From: Dehalococcoidia bacterium
GTDB taxonomy: Bacteria > Chloroflexota > Dehalococcoidia > Lucifugimonadales > UBA3495
Direction of reading: 5' to 3'
DNA: 64,000 bases
Assembly: GCA_965232885.1 (NCBI GenBank)
Contig: CBDDQX010000002.1
Location: 13,993 to 77,992 of the forward strand
Shown here: piece after piece, positions 19,521-29,842 of the stretch
Numbering within the stretch: position 1 is the first letter of the stretch
How the letters are laid out: every line of letters begins with the position of its first letter
The notes under the pieces: generated by a model
Seen by the model: the letters and a program-made list of their open reading frames with translations, nothing else
What the model was told of the DNA's origin: nothing
Database searches by the model: none
Position numbers and translations under genes: made by a program

Positions 19521-19610
19521 CCCTCTCCCTCTGAGAGAGGGTTAGGGTGAGAGTGAACCTCTCCCCGTAAGGAAGAGATGACAACAGGGGCGCTCAAACG
19601 TGCGCCCCTG
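19521..19610. repeat. Composite REP cluster (family A inverted, plus ACAGGGGCG...CGCCCCTGT hairpin) between convergent genes
   Basis: ccctctccctctgagagagggttagggtgag followed by acaggggcgctcaaacgtgcgcccctgt. Confidence 0.7.
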
Positions 19611-19643
19611 TGATAAAACCCGCGGGTAGGGAAGGCGTTTCGT

Positions 19644-19874
19644 TCAGGTTGTCTGGTCATCCTGGCATCGCAGGCACACGTACTTGCTGCGGTCCTCGGG
19701 CAAGTTCTCCACGTTTACGTTGCGCCGCCGGTTGCATACCGAACACGTAACCGACTCGGTCACGGGTTGGGGCGGCGGGGCGGCGACTGCGACGGTAGCC
19801 GAGCCTCGGAAGCCCTGATAGTCCGGGTTGGCCTCCCTCAGGCGCAGGAATCTGTCCCGGTCTTTCCGGCCCAT
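19644..19874 (-). CDS. Small Cys4 zinc-ribbon protein of unknown function
   Basis: GGAGG SD, 28 nt after the rplL stop; CSVC...CLRC. Confidence 0.65.
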   Translation of the reverse strand: MGRKDRDRFLRLREANPDYQGFRGSATVAVAAPPPQPVTESVTCSVCNRRRNVNVENLPEDRSKYVCLRCQDDQTT

Positions 19875-19902
19875 AACGAGCCTCCCTTCGGGATGGGTGT
19901 GG

Positions 19903-20289
19903 CTACTTCACCTCTACGACAGCCCCGGCCTCTTCCAGCTTGGCCTTGACCGAGTCAGCCTCATCGCGCGGCACGGCTTCCTTGACTGCGGCGGGGGCCG
20001 ATTCCACCAGTTCCTTGGCCTCGCGAAGGCCCAAGGAAGTGACTTCCCGCACGGCTTTAATGACATTGATCTTGTTCGGCCCGATCTCCCGGATGTGGAC
20101 CTCAAACTCGGTCTTTTCTTCTTCCGCAGGAGCGGCGGCGCCAGCATCACCGGCAGGAGCGGCTGCCGCGGCCACGGGAGCGGCGGCGGTAACACCGAAC
20201 TCATCTTCCAGGGACTTGACCAGATCGGCCAGGTCAACCACGTTCATTTCCTTGATCGCGCTAATGAGTTCCTCTTTCGTCAGTGCCAT
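19903..20289 (-). CDS. rplL: 50S ribosomal protein L7/L12
   Basis: [29 protein letters not shown]. Confidence 0.98.
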   Translation of the reverse strand: MALTKEELISAIKEMNVVDLADLVKSLEDEFGVTAAAPVAAAAAPAGDAGAAAPAEEEKTEFEVHIREIGPNKINVIKAVREVTSLGLREAKELVESAPAAVKEAVPRDEADSVKAKLEEAGAVVEVK

Positions 20290-20328
20290 AGTTCATTCCC
20301 TCTTTAGCATTTTGATGTCAGCGTTGGG

Positions 20329-20856
20329 TTATGCGTCTTCCAGTTGACGCATCCGGGCGCGCAGCACATTGTCCAGATTCTGTACCGGGCCGTTGAGCGT
20401 ACCGACCAGCCGGGACAAGGGAGCCTGCATCTGAGCGAGCAGGATGGAGACCATTTGCGGCCTCGGCGGAAGGGTGGCCAGCCGGGTAACCCCTTCCGGC
20501 CCCATGGGCGGGCTGTCCCCCAGTACCGCGCCCCTGATGGAAAAGCTGTTGGCATTGGCGCGGGCGTAGTCGGCCAGTGTCTTGGCGGCAGCGGCCGGGT
20601 CATCGTAACCGAAGGCCACCGCTGTAGGTCCCTGCACGATGTCTTTTACCTGCGGCCTGCCCGCCTGCTCGGCGGCCAAGTACATCAGGGTGTTCTTTAC
20701 GACGGTGAAATCAATTCCATTGGCGCGCATGGCACGCCGCAGTTCGACCATCTGGTTCACCGTAGTCCGGGTATAATCGGCTCCGAAGGTGATGGTGCTG
20801 CGCTCCAACTGCTCCTTCAGTTCCTCAACCCGGTCGAATTTCTCCTGCGTTGGCAA
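20329..20856 (-). CDS. rplJ: 50S ribosomal protein L10
   Basis: VVKNTL, GPTAVAF; lies between rplA and rplL. Confidence 0.95.
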   Translation of the reverse strand: MPTQEKFDRVEELKEQLERSTITFGADYTRTTVNQMVELRRAMRANGIDFTVVKNTLMYLAAEQAGRPQVKDIVQGPTAVAFGYDDPAAAAKTLADYARANANSFSIRGAVLGDSPPMGPEGVTRLATLPPRPQMVSILLAQMQAPLSRLVGTLNGPVQNLDNVLRARMRQLEDA

Positions 20857-20910
20857 ATCATACCTCCCAAGAAAAAGTTACTAACCCTCCCCCGGAGGGA
20901 GAGAGGACAA

Positions 20911-21032
20911 AGAAAAGCCCTGCGCCGGCCATAAGACGCGGCGCAGGGCAATGTAACCCTGAATGATTAACGTCGCGCCTCGGCGGGCGGCTGAGCCATT
21001 ATCCCGAAGGGACCCGCTGTCTCTGGCTTTGG
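20911..21032 (-). promoter_or_regulatory. L10 ribosomal protein leader with terminator-like hairpin
   Basis: Minus strand AGACAGCGGG...CCCGCCGAGG core upstream of rplJ, then GCCCTGCGCCG/CGGCGCAGGGC followed by a U-tract. Confidence 0.7.
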
Positions 21033-21067
21033 GTGAGCCTTTTCAATTATCTTGCCAGACTATCAGT

Positions 21068-21784
21068 CTAGTCCTCCGGGCGCAAGGACTGGAGGGCAGT
21101 CAGATCCATAGGCACGCTGGGGCCCATGCTGGAAGAAAGGTAGGCTGAGCGGAAATACTGGCCTTTCAGCGCCGCCGGGCGGTCGCGGCTGATAGCATCG
21201 GTAAGGGCGGCGAGATTGCCCAGCAGCATATTGGTCTCGAAGCTGATCTTGCCGATGGCGCAGTGGATGATAGCTGTGCGGTCGGTGCGGTATTCGGTGC
21301 GCCCGCCCTTGGCTTCCTGTATGGCGCGAGGGAGGTCCTGGGGCTGCACCATAGTGCCGGAGCGCGGGTTCGGCATCAGGCCGCGGCGACCCAGTATGCG
21401 GCCCAACTTGCCTATCTTGGGCATGATCTGCGGTGTGGCGAGACCGATGTCGAAGTCCACCCAACCGCCTTCAATTCGCTCAATCAGGTCGTCCTCGCCC
21501 ACGTAATCGGCTCCGGACTGGCGGGCGATTTCACCGCCCTCCGCTCCGGCGAACACCAGCACGCGAACGGTCTTGCCGATACCGTGAGGCAGACCCACGA
21601 CGCCGCGCACCATCTGGTCGGCGTGGCGGGGGTCAACGTTGGTTCGCAGGTGAAACTCCACCGTTTCGTCGAACTTGGCGGTGGAAATATCCTTCAACAG
21701 ATCTACGGCGTCGGCAGGGCTGTAGACCTGGTCCGGGTCAACTCGTTCAGCTACATTGCTATAGCGTCGGCTGCGGCTGGGCAT
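21068..21784 (-). CDS. rplA: 50S ribosomal protein L1
   Basis: AKFDETVE, DQMVRG, LGRRGLMPNPRSGT, SSMGP. Confidence 0.98.
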   Translation of the reverse strand: MPSRSRRYSNVAERVDPDQVYSPADAVDLLKDISTAKFDETVEFHLRTNVDPRHADQMVRGVVGLPHGIGKTVRVLVFAGAEGGEIARQSGADYVGEDDLIERIEGGWVDFDIGLATPQIMPKIGKLGRILGRRGLMPNPRSGTMVQPQDLPRAIQEAKGGRTEYRTDRTAIIHCAIGKISFETNMLLGNLAALTDAISRDRPAALKGQYFRSAYLSSSMGPSVPMDLTALQSLRPED

Positions 21785-21788
21785 TGGT

Positions 21789-22217
21789 TTACTCCCCCGA
21801 CACCTGTATGCCCATACTGCGGGCGGTGCCTTCGATAATTGCCATTGCTTCCTCTACGCTTCCGGCGTTCAGGTCCGGCAGTTTGGCTTGAGCGATTTCC
21901 CGCAAAGCGTCCCGGCTGATGCTTCCCACCCTGCCTTGGCGTATATCCGGCGAACCCTTATCAACGCCGGCAGCCTTCCGTAGCATATCCGAGGCCGGAG
22001 GGGTTCGGGTTACGAAGGTAAAGGAGCGGTCTTCGTAGACGGTCAGGTGAACCGGCACGATGGTTCCGGCATCATTGGCTGTGCGGGCGTTGTATTCCTT
22101 GACGAAGCCCATGATGTTAACGCCGTGCTGACCCAGAGCCGGACCGACCGGCGGCGCGGGAGTCGCTTTGCCAGCTTCCAGTTGCAATTTGATGATTGCT
22201 CGAACCTTTTTCGCCAC
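21789..22217 (-). CDS. rplK: 50S ribosomal protein L11
   Basis: [26 protein letters not shown]. Confidence 0.98.
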   Translation of the reverse strand: MAKKVRAIIKLQLEAGKATPAPPVGPALGQHGVNIMGFVKEYNARTANDAGTIVPVHLTVYEDRSFTFVTRTPPASDMLRKAAGVDKGSPDIRQGRVGSISRDALREIAQAKLPDLNAGSVEEAMAIIEGTARSMGIQVSGE

Positions 22218-22277
22218 TTGGGACTCCTGAATGGCATCCGCTGCCTCTTTCAGTAAAAGACGGCAGCGGGATTTCGT

Positions 22278-22871
22278 CTAGATTCTTTCCACTTGGAGGA
22301 AGTCCAGTTCCACCGGCGTTTCCCGTCCGAAGAAAGACACGAGGACGCGAACTTTGCCCTTGCTTTCGTCAACGTCGTTGATGGCGCCGATGAAGTCCAC
22401 AAAGGGGCCTTCGGTAATGCGGACGGTTTCGCCGCGCTCCAGCGCAATCTTGACCCGGCTTGAGTCGTTCTCCACCTGCCGGAGAATGTCTTCTATCTGT
22501 TTGTCTTCCAAGGGCACCGGCTTGGGCCGGCTGTCCCGTTCGTCTTCGGTGGAGACGAAACCGGTGACGCCCGGAGTGTTGCGGACGGCATACCAGCTTT
22601 CGTCATCCATGCTCATGTGCACCAGAATGTAACCGGGGAACAGCTTCTTGCGTTCGGAACGGCGCTTGCCATCCTTGAAAACGACTTCTTCTTCGGTTGG
22701 TACCAAGACCTGCTTGATACGGTCTTCCATGTCCAGGCTGTTGATGCGCAGGTTAAGGTTCTTCTCCACCAGGTCTTCCTGGCCTGAGTAGGTATGCACG
22801 ATGTACCAGCGCATTTCTTCGGACTGCGCTCCGGTCTCCGATATGTCGCTTTGGTTCGTCATTCGGGCCAT
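22278..22871 (-). CDS. nusG: Transcription termination/antitermination factor NusG
   Basis: WYIVHTYSG, FPGYILV, NTPGVTGF, FGRETPVEL. Confidence 0.97.
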   Translation of the reverse strand: MARMTNQSDISETGAQSEEMRWYIVHTYSGQEDLVEKNLNLRINSLDMEDRIKQVLVPTEEEVVFKDGKRRSERKKLFPGYILVHMSMDDESWYAVRNTPGVTGFVSTEDERDSRPKPVPLEDKQIEDILRQVENDSSRVKIALERGETVRITEGPFVDFIGAINDVDESKGKVRVLVSFFGRETPVELDFLQVERI

Positions 22872-22963
22872 CCGGTACTAATTGACCGCGCCCCCAGACC
22901 GCTCGGTTTGGGGGCGGGGTTCAGAAATCTGCACGGAGCCGGCCCATAACCGGGGCCGACGGA

Positions 22964-23209
22964 TTAGAGGCCGAAAATCACGCGATTGAACAGCTCGGCA
23001 AATACCCGGTCAAGACCGCCGAGGAAGAAACCCGCGGCGATGGACAGAACAATTACCACCATGGTCAAGCGGGCGGTTTCCTCTCGACTGGGCCAGACAC
23101 ACTTGCGCAGTTCTTCATAGGTTTCCCGTATGAACTGCGTAGGAGATGTGCGACCTCCCCCAGTCGGCGCGAGTATCCGCTGGGCGCGCGAGCTGCTAGC
23201 CCGGGCCAC
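22964..23209 (-). CDS. secE: Preprotein translocase subunit SecE
   Basis: ELRKCVWPSREE plus one TM helix; synteny. Confidence 0.93.
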   Translation of the reverse strand: MARASSSRAQRILAPTGGGRTSPTQFIRETYEELRKCVWPSREETARLTMVVIVLSIAAGFFLGGLDRVFAELFNRVIFGL

Positions 23210-23212
23210 TGG

Positions 23213-23383
23213 CTACCTCACTTCCCGGTGAGTGCGGTGGGTGCGGCAGCGGGAGCAGTACTTCCGTAGCTCCAGCCTCTGGGGGTCGTTGCGGCGGTTC
23301 TTCATCGAAGTGTAGTTCCGCTCGCGGCAATCCCCGCACTGGAGCGTGATGATCTGTCGGATGTCCGCAGTCTTTCTGGCCAT
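23213..23383 (-). CDS. rpmG: 50S ribosomal protein L33 (Zn-binding type), not in the ORF track
   Basis: Manual translation: [56 protein letters not shown]. Confidence 0.96.
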   Translation of the reverse strand: MARKTADIRQIITLQCGDCRERNYTSMKNRRNDPQRLELRKYCSRCRTHRTHREVR

Positions 23384-23445
23384 TACTTTACGCCCTCACC
23401 CTAACCCTCTCCCTAAAGAGGGAGAGGGAAATTTGGTGCCTTGAG

Positions 23446-24630
<1,185 letters not shown>

Positions 24631-24679
24631 GTTGTGCCGTGTCCTCCTTAACTGCCTGCTACTGTTATGGTCATTATTC

Positions 24680-24754
24680 TGGAGCCCAGAGGCGGGATTG
24701 AACCGCCGACCCCGTTCTTACCAAGAACGTGCTCTACCGCTGAGCTATCTGGGC
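24680..24754 (-). tRNA. tRNA-Thr(GGT)
   Basis: Cloverleaf GCCCAGA...TCTGGGC-TCCA; anticodon loop CT-GGT-AA; T-arm GTTCAA. Confidence 0.95.
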
Positions 24755-24843
24755 TTGAAACACGGTTGTGAGCGCCGAACCTGCGAGCAGTGAACCTTTG
24801 AGCTATCCCTTGCCTCTTCTCTGCTCATTATCCCTAGGTTTTA

Positions 24844-24931
24844 TGGTGGAGGGAGCAGGATTCGAACCTGCGAAGCCCTTCCGGACGCCAGATTTACAGT
24901 CTGGTGGCTTTAACCACTCACCCATCCCTCC
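24844..24931 (-). tRNA. tRNA-Tyr(GTA)
   Basis: GGAGGGA...TCCCTCC-ACCA; anticodon arm CCAGA-CTGTAAA-TCTGG; long variable arm. Confidence 0.95.
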
Positions 24932-25030
24932 AGTATGTCGGGCCTTACCATGTTCGCACATTCCCCGTCCGGGAACAACGTTTCCCCATAACCGGGATGT
25001 GTCTCCCCGGCGTAACGCGGAAAGCGATGC

Positions 25031-25105
25031 TGGAGCCCCAGAGGGGATTCGAACCCCTAACCTGTCGATTACAAATCGACTGCGCTTCCCTTGCGCCACA
25101 GGGGC
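25031..25105 (-). tRNA. tRNA-Thr(TGT)
   Basis: Anticodon arm GTCGA-TTTGTAA-TCGAC; GTTCGAATC T-loop; CCA end; one U-U mismatch in the acceptor stem. Confidence 0.92.
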
Positions 25106-25194
25106 ATCAACGAAGCCTGGTCAAGACCCTCGAGCGCTGCACTAGAAAATAGCCCCACGTCCGCGGGGCTATCAATGGTGCGGCATCCACATAT

Positions 25195-25223
25195 ATTATA
25201 TTAACCGTTGGGCGGCAAGTCAA
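25195..25223 (-). promoter_or_regulatory. Sigma70-type promoter of the tRNA-tuf operon
   Basis: TTGACT-17 nt-TATAAT on the minus strand. Confidence 0.8.
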
Positions 25224-25292
25224 ACCTGCTGTTGACCAATCTCAGCCCATTTCTGGGTAGCGGACGCGAGACGAGCGCCGCCCGGCTTTGGG

Positions 25293-25321
25293 TTGACTGG
25301 ATTTCAGGCGTAACTTAAACT
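25293..25321 (+). promoter_or_regulatory. Sigma70-type promoter of apt
   Basis: TTGACT-17 nt-TAAACT. Confidence 0.6.
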
Positions 25322-25389
25322 GCCCGCGCCGCCAATCCGTATTTGTCGGACTACCCAAATCGCTTTGAAACACCGTCCGAAGGGCTCGA

Positions 25390-25902
25390 ATGAATCTCAA
25401 GGATTACATCCGCGACATTCCGGACTTTCCGGAACCGGGTATTCTGTTCCGAGACATCACTCCTTTGCTGGCTAACCCTGTTGCCTTCAATTACGCTATT
25501 GCCCAAATGGTCGAGCTTTGCCGCGAGCCGGATTTCGACGTCATTGTGGCTATCGAATCACGGGGGTTCATTTTCGGCGCGCCGCTCGCCAGAGAACTGG
25601 GAAAACCGCTGATTCCGGTACGGAAGGCAGGTAAGCTCCCTGCTGACAGACACTCCGTTGAATATGACCTCGAATACGGCTCCAATGTCTTGGAGATCCA
25701 TACCGACGCCATTCAACCGGGCCAACGAGCACTGATTGTTGACGATCTGTTGGCTATTGGAGGCACGCTTTCCGCCGCCGCTCAACTGGTGGAAGATTGC
25801 GGCGGAGAGGCGGCGCGGCTGGCGGTTGTCGTCGAACTCGCTTTCCTGGACGGGCGCAACAGGCTGACAGGCCGCGACGTGGTCTCCCTCGTACAGTATT
25901 AA
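25390..25902 (+). CDS. apt: Adenine phosphoribosyltransferase
   Basis: PDFPEPGILFRDITPLL, ESRGF, RKAGKLP, IVDDLLAIGGT. Confidence 0.96.
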   Translation: MNLKDYIRDIPDFPEPGILFRDITPLLANPVAFNYAIAQMVELCREPDFDVIVAIESRGFIFGAPLARELGKPLIPVRKAGKLPADRHSVEYDLEYGSNVLEIHTDAIQPGQRALIVDDLLAIGGTLSAAAQLVEDCGGEAARLAVVVELAFLDGRNRLTGRDVVSLVQY

Positions 25903-25994
25903 CGTCCAGATTAACGTCCAGCGTTAGCGTTATTAGAAGTGCGTTTGCTCTCCCTTTTCAAAGAGTAGCGCAACCTCAATTAAGGAGGTTTGGC

Positions 25995-26831
25995 ATGGCA
26001 GGCCAGATCAGAATAGGCAACGTGGATATTGTGGCGGTGCTGGACATGGTTCCACCGCCCCGAGACCCGTGGATGATGTTCCCGACCACGTCCGAGCCCG
26101 ACTGGGCGGACCACCAGCACGCCCTGGAGTGCGGTCAGCTCCAGTTGTATTACCTGCACTTTTTCCTGCGTTCCGAGGGCAAGACCATCATGGTGGACAC
26201 CGGCATGGGGCCGGGACCCCACCCTGAGCGCGGCAATCGCACCGGCGACCTGGTGAACCAGTTGAGGCTCAAGGGCGTGAACCCGGAAGACATTGACGTC
26301 GTAGCCCACACCCATCTGCACGGCGATCACGTGGGCTGGAATGTTGACTATACCGGAGAAAGTCCTGCGCCCACGTTCCCGAAGGCCCGTTACCTGGTGC
26401 CGCGACTGGACTGGGACTATTTCACCAAACCCGACGTCATTGGCAGCGCGCCCCAGGTCACCAACAGCGTTGTCCCGCTGGAAGGCATGGGCGCGATGGA
26501 CCTGGTGGACGACGAACACACCATCACCGGCGAAGTCAAGATGCTTACCGCATCGGGCCATACACCCGGGCACATGGTCATAGACATTACCTCTCAGGGC
26601 GAACGGGCGATGGTGGTGGGCGATCTCCTGCACAGCAAGGTTCAGGTGGAACGCCCGGAGTGGACCGCTGGGGTGGACACCGACAAGGAAGACAGCCACC
26701 GAAACAGGGAACGTATCCTGGACAAAGCCGAGGCCGAGAACGTGGTGATAGCTGCCGGACACTTCCACCCCGACGACCACATTGGCCGGGTGATAAGACA
26801 GGAAGGCCGACGCTACTGGCAGATATTATAG
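25995..26831 (+). CDS. MBL-fold metallo-hydrolase
   Basis: VDTG, THLHGDHVGWN, GHTPGH, GDLLH, GHF. AGGAGG SD before ATG 25995. Confidence 0.9.
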   Translation: MAGQIRIGNVDIVAVLDMVPPPRDPWMMFPTTSEPDWADHQHALECGQLQLYYLHFFLRSEGKTIMVDTGMGPGPHPERGNRTGDLVNQLRLKGVNPEDIDVVAHTHLHGDHVGWNVDYTGESPAPTFPKARYLVPRLDWDYFTKPDVIGSAPQVTNSVVPLEGMGAMDLVDDEHTITGEVKMLTASGHTPGHMVIDITSQGERAMVVGDLLHSKVQVERPEWTAGVDTDKEDSHRNRERILDKAEAENVVIAAGHFHPDDHIGRVIRQEGRRYWQIL

Positions 26832-26882
26832 GGTGCGAAAAATCAGCCCCGCCCGGAACGGCATGGGGCAAAGGGCATTGCT

Positions 26883-27899
26883 GTGACTACCCGATTTGAA
26901 AATGAAGACGACCCGTATCTGCGTCCCTATCAACCCGACATAGGGGACGAACCTGACGAAGACGAAGATGACGAGTCTGATGACCTTGTAACCGACCTGG
27001 ATGAAGCCGCAGCCGAGTTCCGTATGCGGTACTACGGGCCGGACAACAATCCGCAGCCCCCGGCAGCAATGGCCGAATTGGCCCCGGAGGTGATGCGGCT
27101 TGTGGACGCGGTGGTCTATGGCGAGATTTACAACCGCCCCGCCGTTGACCTCAAGACCCGCAGCCTATGCACCATCGCTGCCCTGGTCGTGCTGGGGCAC
27201 AGCCCCCAGATGATAAAGCGCCACATCACCGGCGCGCTGCATATCGGGGTGACTGAGGAAGAAATCTCGGAAATCATCGCGCAGATGGTGTTCTACGGCG
27301 GGATGCCGGTGGCAGTTAATGCCTTCCGCGTAGCCAAGGAGACCTTCGACGAGCAGGCGGGTATACCCCCGGCCGCACCCATGCCGCCCGCCCGCGCTGG
27401 AGGAAGTCCCCCCAGCGGTTTTGCGCCGCCGTACCGGCGGGAGAACGTCGGCGATTACAGTCCCGGCGATATGGCCGATGAAGAGCCGCCCATCAGGGTG
27501 CGCCCCCGCATCGAGCCTGGGCAGGAAGCGACGGGAAGGGCTGCCCCGCAAGCGCCTCCACGGGGAGCGTCTTCGCGTGGCGCGCCGTCTCCCCAACGCG
27601 GCGGCGGTGGCGACCGAAGACAAGGCGAGAGGAGAGAAAGGGATGAAGATAGGGTTCATCGGAACCGGCAACATGGGCAATCCGATGGCCGCCAATCTAA
27701 TTCGGGCGGGCCACCAGCTAACCGTCCACGACCTGCGGCGCGAGGCGGCAACCAATCTTCTGGAGATGGGCGCCGATTGGGCGGACAGCCCCAAAGAGGC
27801 CGTCCCGGGCAACGACGCGGTCCTAACCAGTCTCCCCGTCCCCAGGGACGTCGAGGCGGTGGTCCTGGGCGAGGGCGGAATACTGGAGGGCGCCGGTAG
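26883..27899 (+). CDS. Carboxymuconolactone decarboxylase family protein with acidic N-terminal and P/R/G-rich C-terminal extensions
   Basis: YGEIYNRPAVDLKTRSLCTIAAL, HITGAL, EEISEII, FYGGMP. Confidence 0.8.
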   Translation: MTTRFENEDDPYLRPYQPDIGDEPDEDEDDESDDLVTDLDEAAAEFRMRYYGPDNNPQPPAAMAELAPEVMRLVDAVVYGEIYNRPAVDLKTRSLCTIAALVVLGHSPQMIKRHITGALHIGVTEEEISEIIAQMVFYGGMPVAVNAFRVAKETFDEQAGIPPAAPMPPARAGGSPPSGFAPPYRRENVGDYSPGDMADEEPPIRVRPRIEPGQEATGRAAPQAPPRGASSRGAPSPQRGGGGDRRQGERRERDEDRVHRNRQHGQSDGRQSNSGGPPANRPRPAARGGNQSSGDGRRLGGQPQRGRPGQRRGPNQSPRPQGRRGGGPGRGRNTGGRR

Positions 27900-28536
27900 C
27901 GGCTCGATCATCTTCGACCTTTCCACCAATTCCCCCACCGTCGTCCGTCGCCTGCATGAGATTTGCGCCGAGCGGGGCGTAACCCTGCTGGACTCGCCGG
28001 TTAGCGGCGGCACCTACGGCGCGGCGGCAGGCACGCTGGCGGTCATGGTTGGCGGCGACCGCGCTGCCTTCGACCGCTTCGAGCCTATGCTCGGAGCTAT
28101 CGGCAGTCACGTGGTCTACTGTGGCGACATCGGGGCTGGCTCGGTCTGTAAAATCTGCAACAACCTGATGAGTATGGGTATCGGTGTGCTGCTCTCCGAA
28201 GCCCTGACCCTGGGGGTCAAGGCGGGCGTTGACCTGGCTACCCTGGCCGACGTTATTGCCCACAGCTCCGGCAGCTCGCGGCGACTTACAGAGAAATTCT
28301 CCCGGTTTCTGTTCCAGGGCAACTTCGAGCCGGGATTCGCCACGGCCCTGGCTGCCAAGGATGTGCGGCTCGCCACCGACTTGGGACGTGAGTACGGTAT
28401 CCCCATGGACCTCTCCAACCTGGTGGACCAGCGCCACGTTGAAGCGATGTTCCGGGGCTTCGGCCCCGAGGATTCCGATGCCGTGGCCCGCATCCAGGAA
28501 GAAAAGGCGGGCGTGCAGTTGCGGCTGGACGTATAG
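27643..28536 (+). CDS. NAD(P)-dependent beta-hydroxyacid dehydrogenase (3-hydroxyisobutyrate DH/tartronate semialdehyde reductase family)
   Basis: MKIGFIGTGNMG, DSPVSGG, KICNN, KDVRLA. Confidence 0.92.
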   Translation: MKIGFIGTGNMGNPMAANLIRAGHQLTVHDLRREAATNLLEMGADWADSPKEAVPGNDAVLTSLPVPRDVEAVVLGEGGILEGAGSGSIIFDLSTNSPTVVRRLHEICAERGVTLLDSPVSGGTYGAAAGTLAVMVGGDRAAFDRFEPMLGAIGSHVVYCGDIGAGSVCKICNNLMSMGIGVLLSEALTLGVKAGVDLATLADVIAHSSGSSRRLTEKFSRFLFQGNFEPGFATALAAKDVRLATDLGREYGIPMDLSNLVDQRHVEAMFRGFGPEDSDAVARIQEEKAGVQLRLDV

Positions 28537-28552
28537 CGCCTCCGGGGTTGAT

Positions 28553-29734
28553 ATGGCGATTTACAAGATGGTTGGGGATAAAGAAAAGTTGGACGAAGTT
28601 GCCCAAACTTCTTTCGGACAGGAAGGGGTCTTGGAACGCTCCGATTTGCAGAGGATGTTGCGTGACCAGCCCGAGGTACTGGAAGAAGGTCTGTTAATAA
28701 TTGCTGAGGAGTTCGGCGATTGGAAGGATTCCAACCGGAGGATTGATCTGCTGGGTCTGGACGCCAGCGGCAGGTTGGCAGTGATTGAGTTGAAGCGGGG
28801 TGAGACAGGCTCGCACATGGATTTGCAGGCCATTCGATATGCCGCCATGGTGGCCAACATGACCAACGAGAAGGCCATAGAGACTTATCAGAGCTACTTG
28901 GACGAGCGATCCCGTGAAAAGAGTGAAACGGAGGAGGCAGACGACGCAGAAACGCTTATCCGGCAGCATCTCAAAGCAGAGGGCGAAACGCCGGATATCC
29001 GTACTGAAACTCCCCGGATCATTTTGGTTTCAGAGAACTTCAGCAAGGAACTCACCACCTGCGTAATTTGGCTGAACGAATCTTGGCTGAGGACTGAGGG
29101 TCAGGAAATCAAGTGTATCCGGCTGCAGCCCCATCGAAATGGGGATGAGATTCTGATAGAAACCAGCGTGGTGATACCCCTGCCAGAAGCTTCAGACTAC
29201 CAGATAGGGCTTGCGCGGCGGAAGGAAGAAGCTAGGGTGCAGAAGGCCATTGAGCAGAGTTCGGGAAGGTCGAGACACATCCCGGGAAAGGACGCATTTA
29301 GGGAAAACATCATCAGGGCCCAAGAGAAATTCCAGCCAGGATTAAGTCGGCTTTATGACTGTGCAGTTGACCTGGAGGAGAAAGAACTGGTAGCTCTCAC
29401 CACTTACATGAATGCCAAGCAAGACTATATTAGGTTGGAACTCCGAGTACCTGGCGAGAGCGACCTCTTGGTGTCATTCAACAACCTCCTCTATAAAGGC
29501 GGAAAAGGCGGGGGAATATCATTTTGGCCACATCGGGAAGGCATTGCTGCTAAATCTCTATCGCGGATAGATGACCTAATTGGGCCGTCAACGTCAACTT
29601 CCGGGTTTCGTCACCGTATGCTATCTGTAAAAAAAACGGCCGATAACCTGGAGGAAATCCTGGCCGCCATAGGCGACGTCTACCGCGAGGCCGAAGGCCA
29701 ACGACAGGCGGGTGGAGGCGGAAGCTGCTGGTAA
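28553..29734 (+). CDS. PD-(D/E)xK endonuclease-domain protein (NucS/DUF91-like N-terminus)
   Basis: LERSDLQ, IIAEEF, RIDLLGLD, VIELKR, QAIRYAA; visibly more A/T-rich codons than its neighbours. Confidence 0.75.
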   Translation: MAIYKMVGDKEKLDEVAQTSFGQEGVLERSDLQRMLRDQPEVLEEGLLIIAEEFGDWKDSNRRIDLLGLDASGRLAVIELKRGETGSHMDLQAIRYAAMVANMTNEKAIETYQSYLDERSREKSETEEADDAETLIRQHLKAEGETPDIRTETPRIILVSENFSKELTTCVIWLNESWLRTEGQEIKCIRLQPHRNGDEILIETSVVIPLPEASDYQIGLARRKEEARVQKAIEQSSGRSRHIPGKDAFRENIIRAQEKFQPGLSRLYDCAVDLEEKELVALTTYMNAKQDYIRLELRVPGESDLLVSFNNLLYKGGKGGGISFWPHREGIAAKSLSRIDDLIGPSTSTSGFRHRMLSVKKTADNLEEILAAIGDVYREAEGQRQAGGGGSCW

Positions 29735-29842
29735 TGGACAGATGGCCGGGGAATAGGCCCGCCCTCTCGTCCGGCAACGGAAGCAGCGAGTTCACCAACG
29801 GTAACTAGATACTGACCAGGCTGTAAAGCATTGAGGGCAGAA

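Noticed and set aside
24755-24843. Possible tRNA-Gly between tRNA-Tyr and tRNA-Thr, as in the E. coli tufB operon
   Set aside because: No cloverleaf, T-loop or CCA is detectable.
24768-25152. ORFs across the tRNA cluster
   Set aside because: They overlap clear tRNA cloverleafs.
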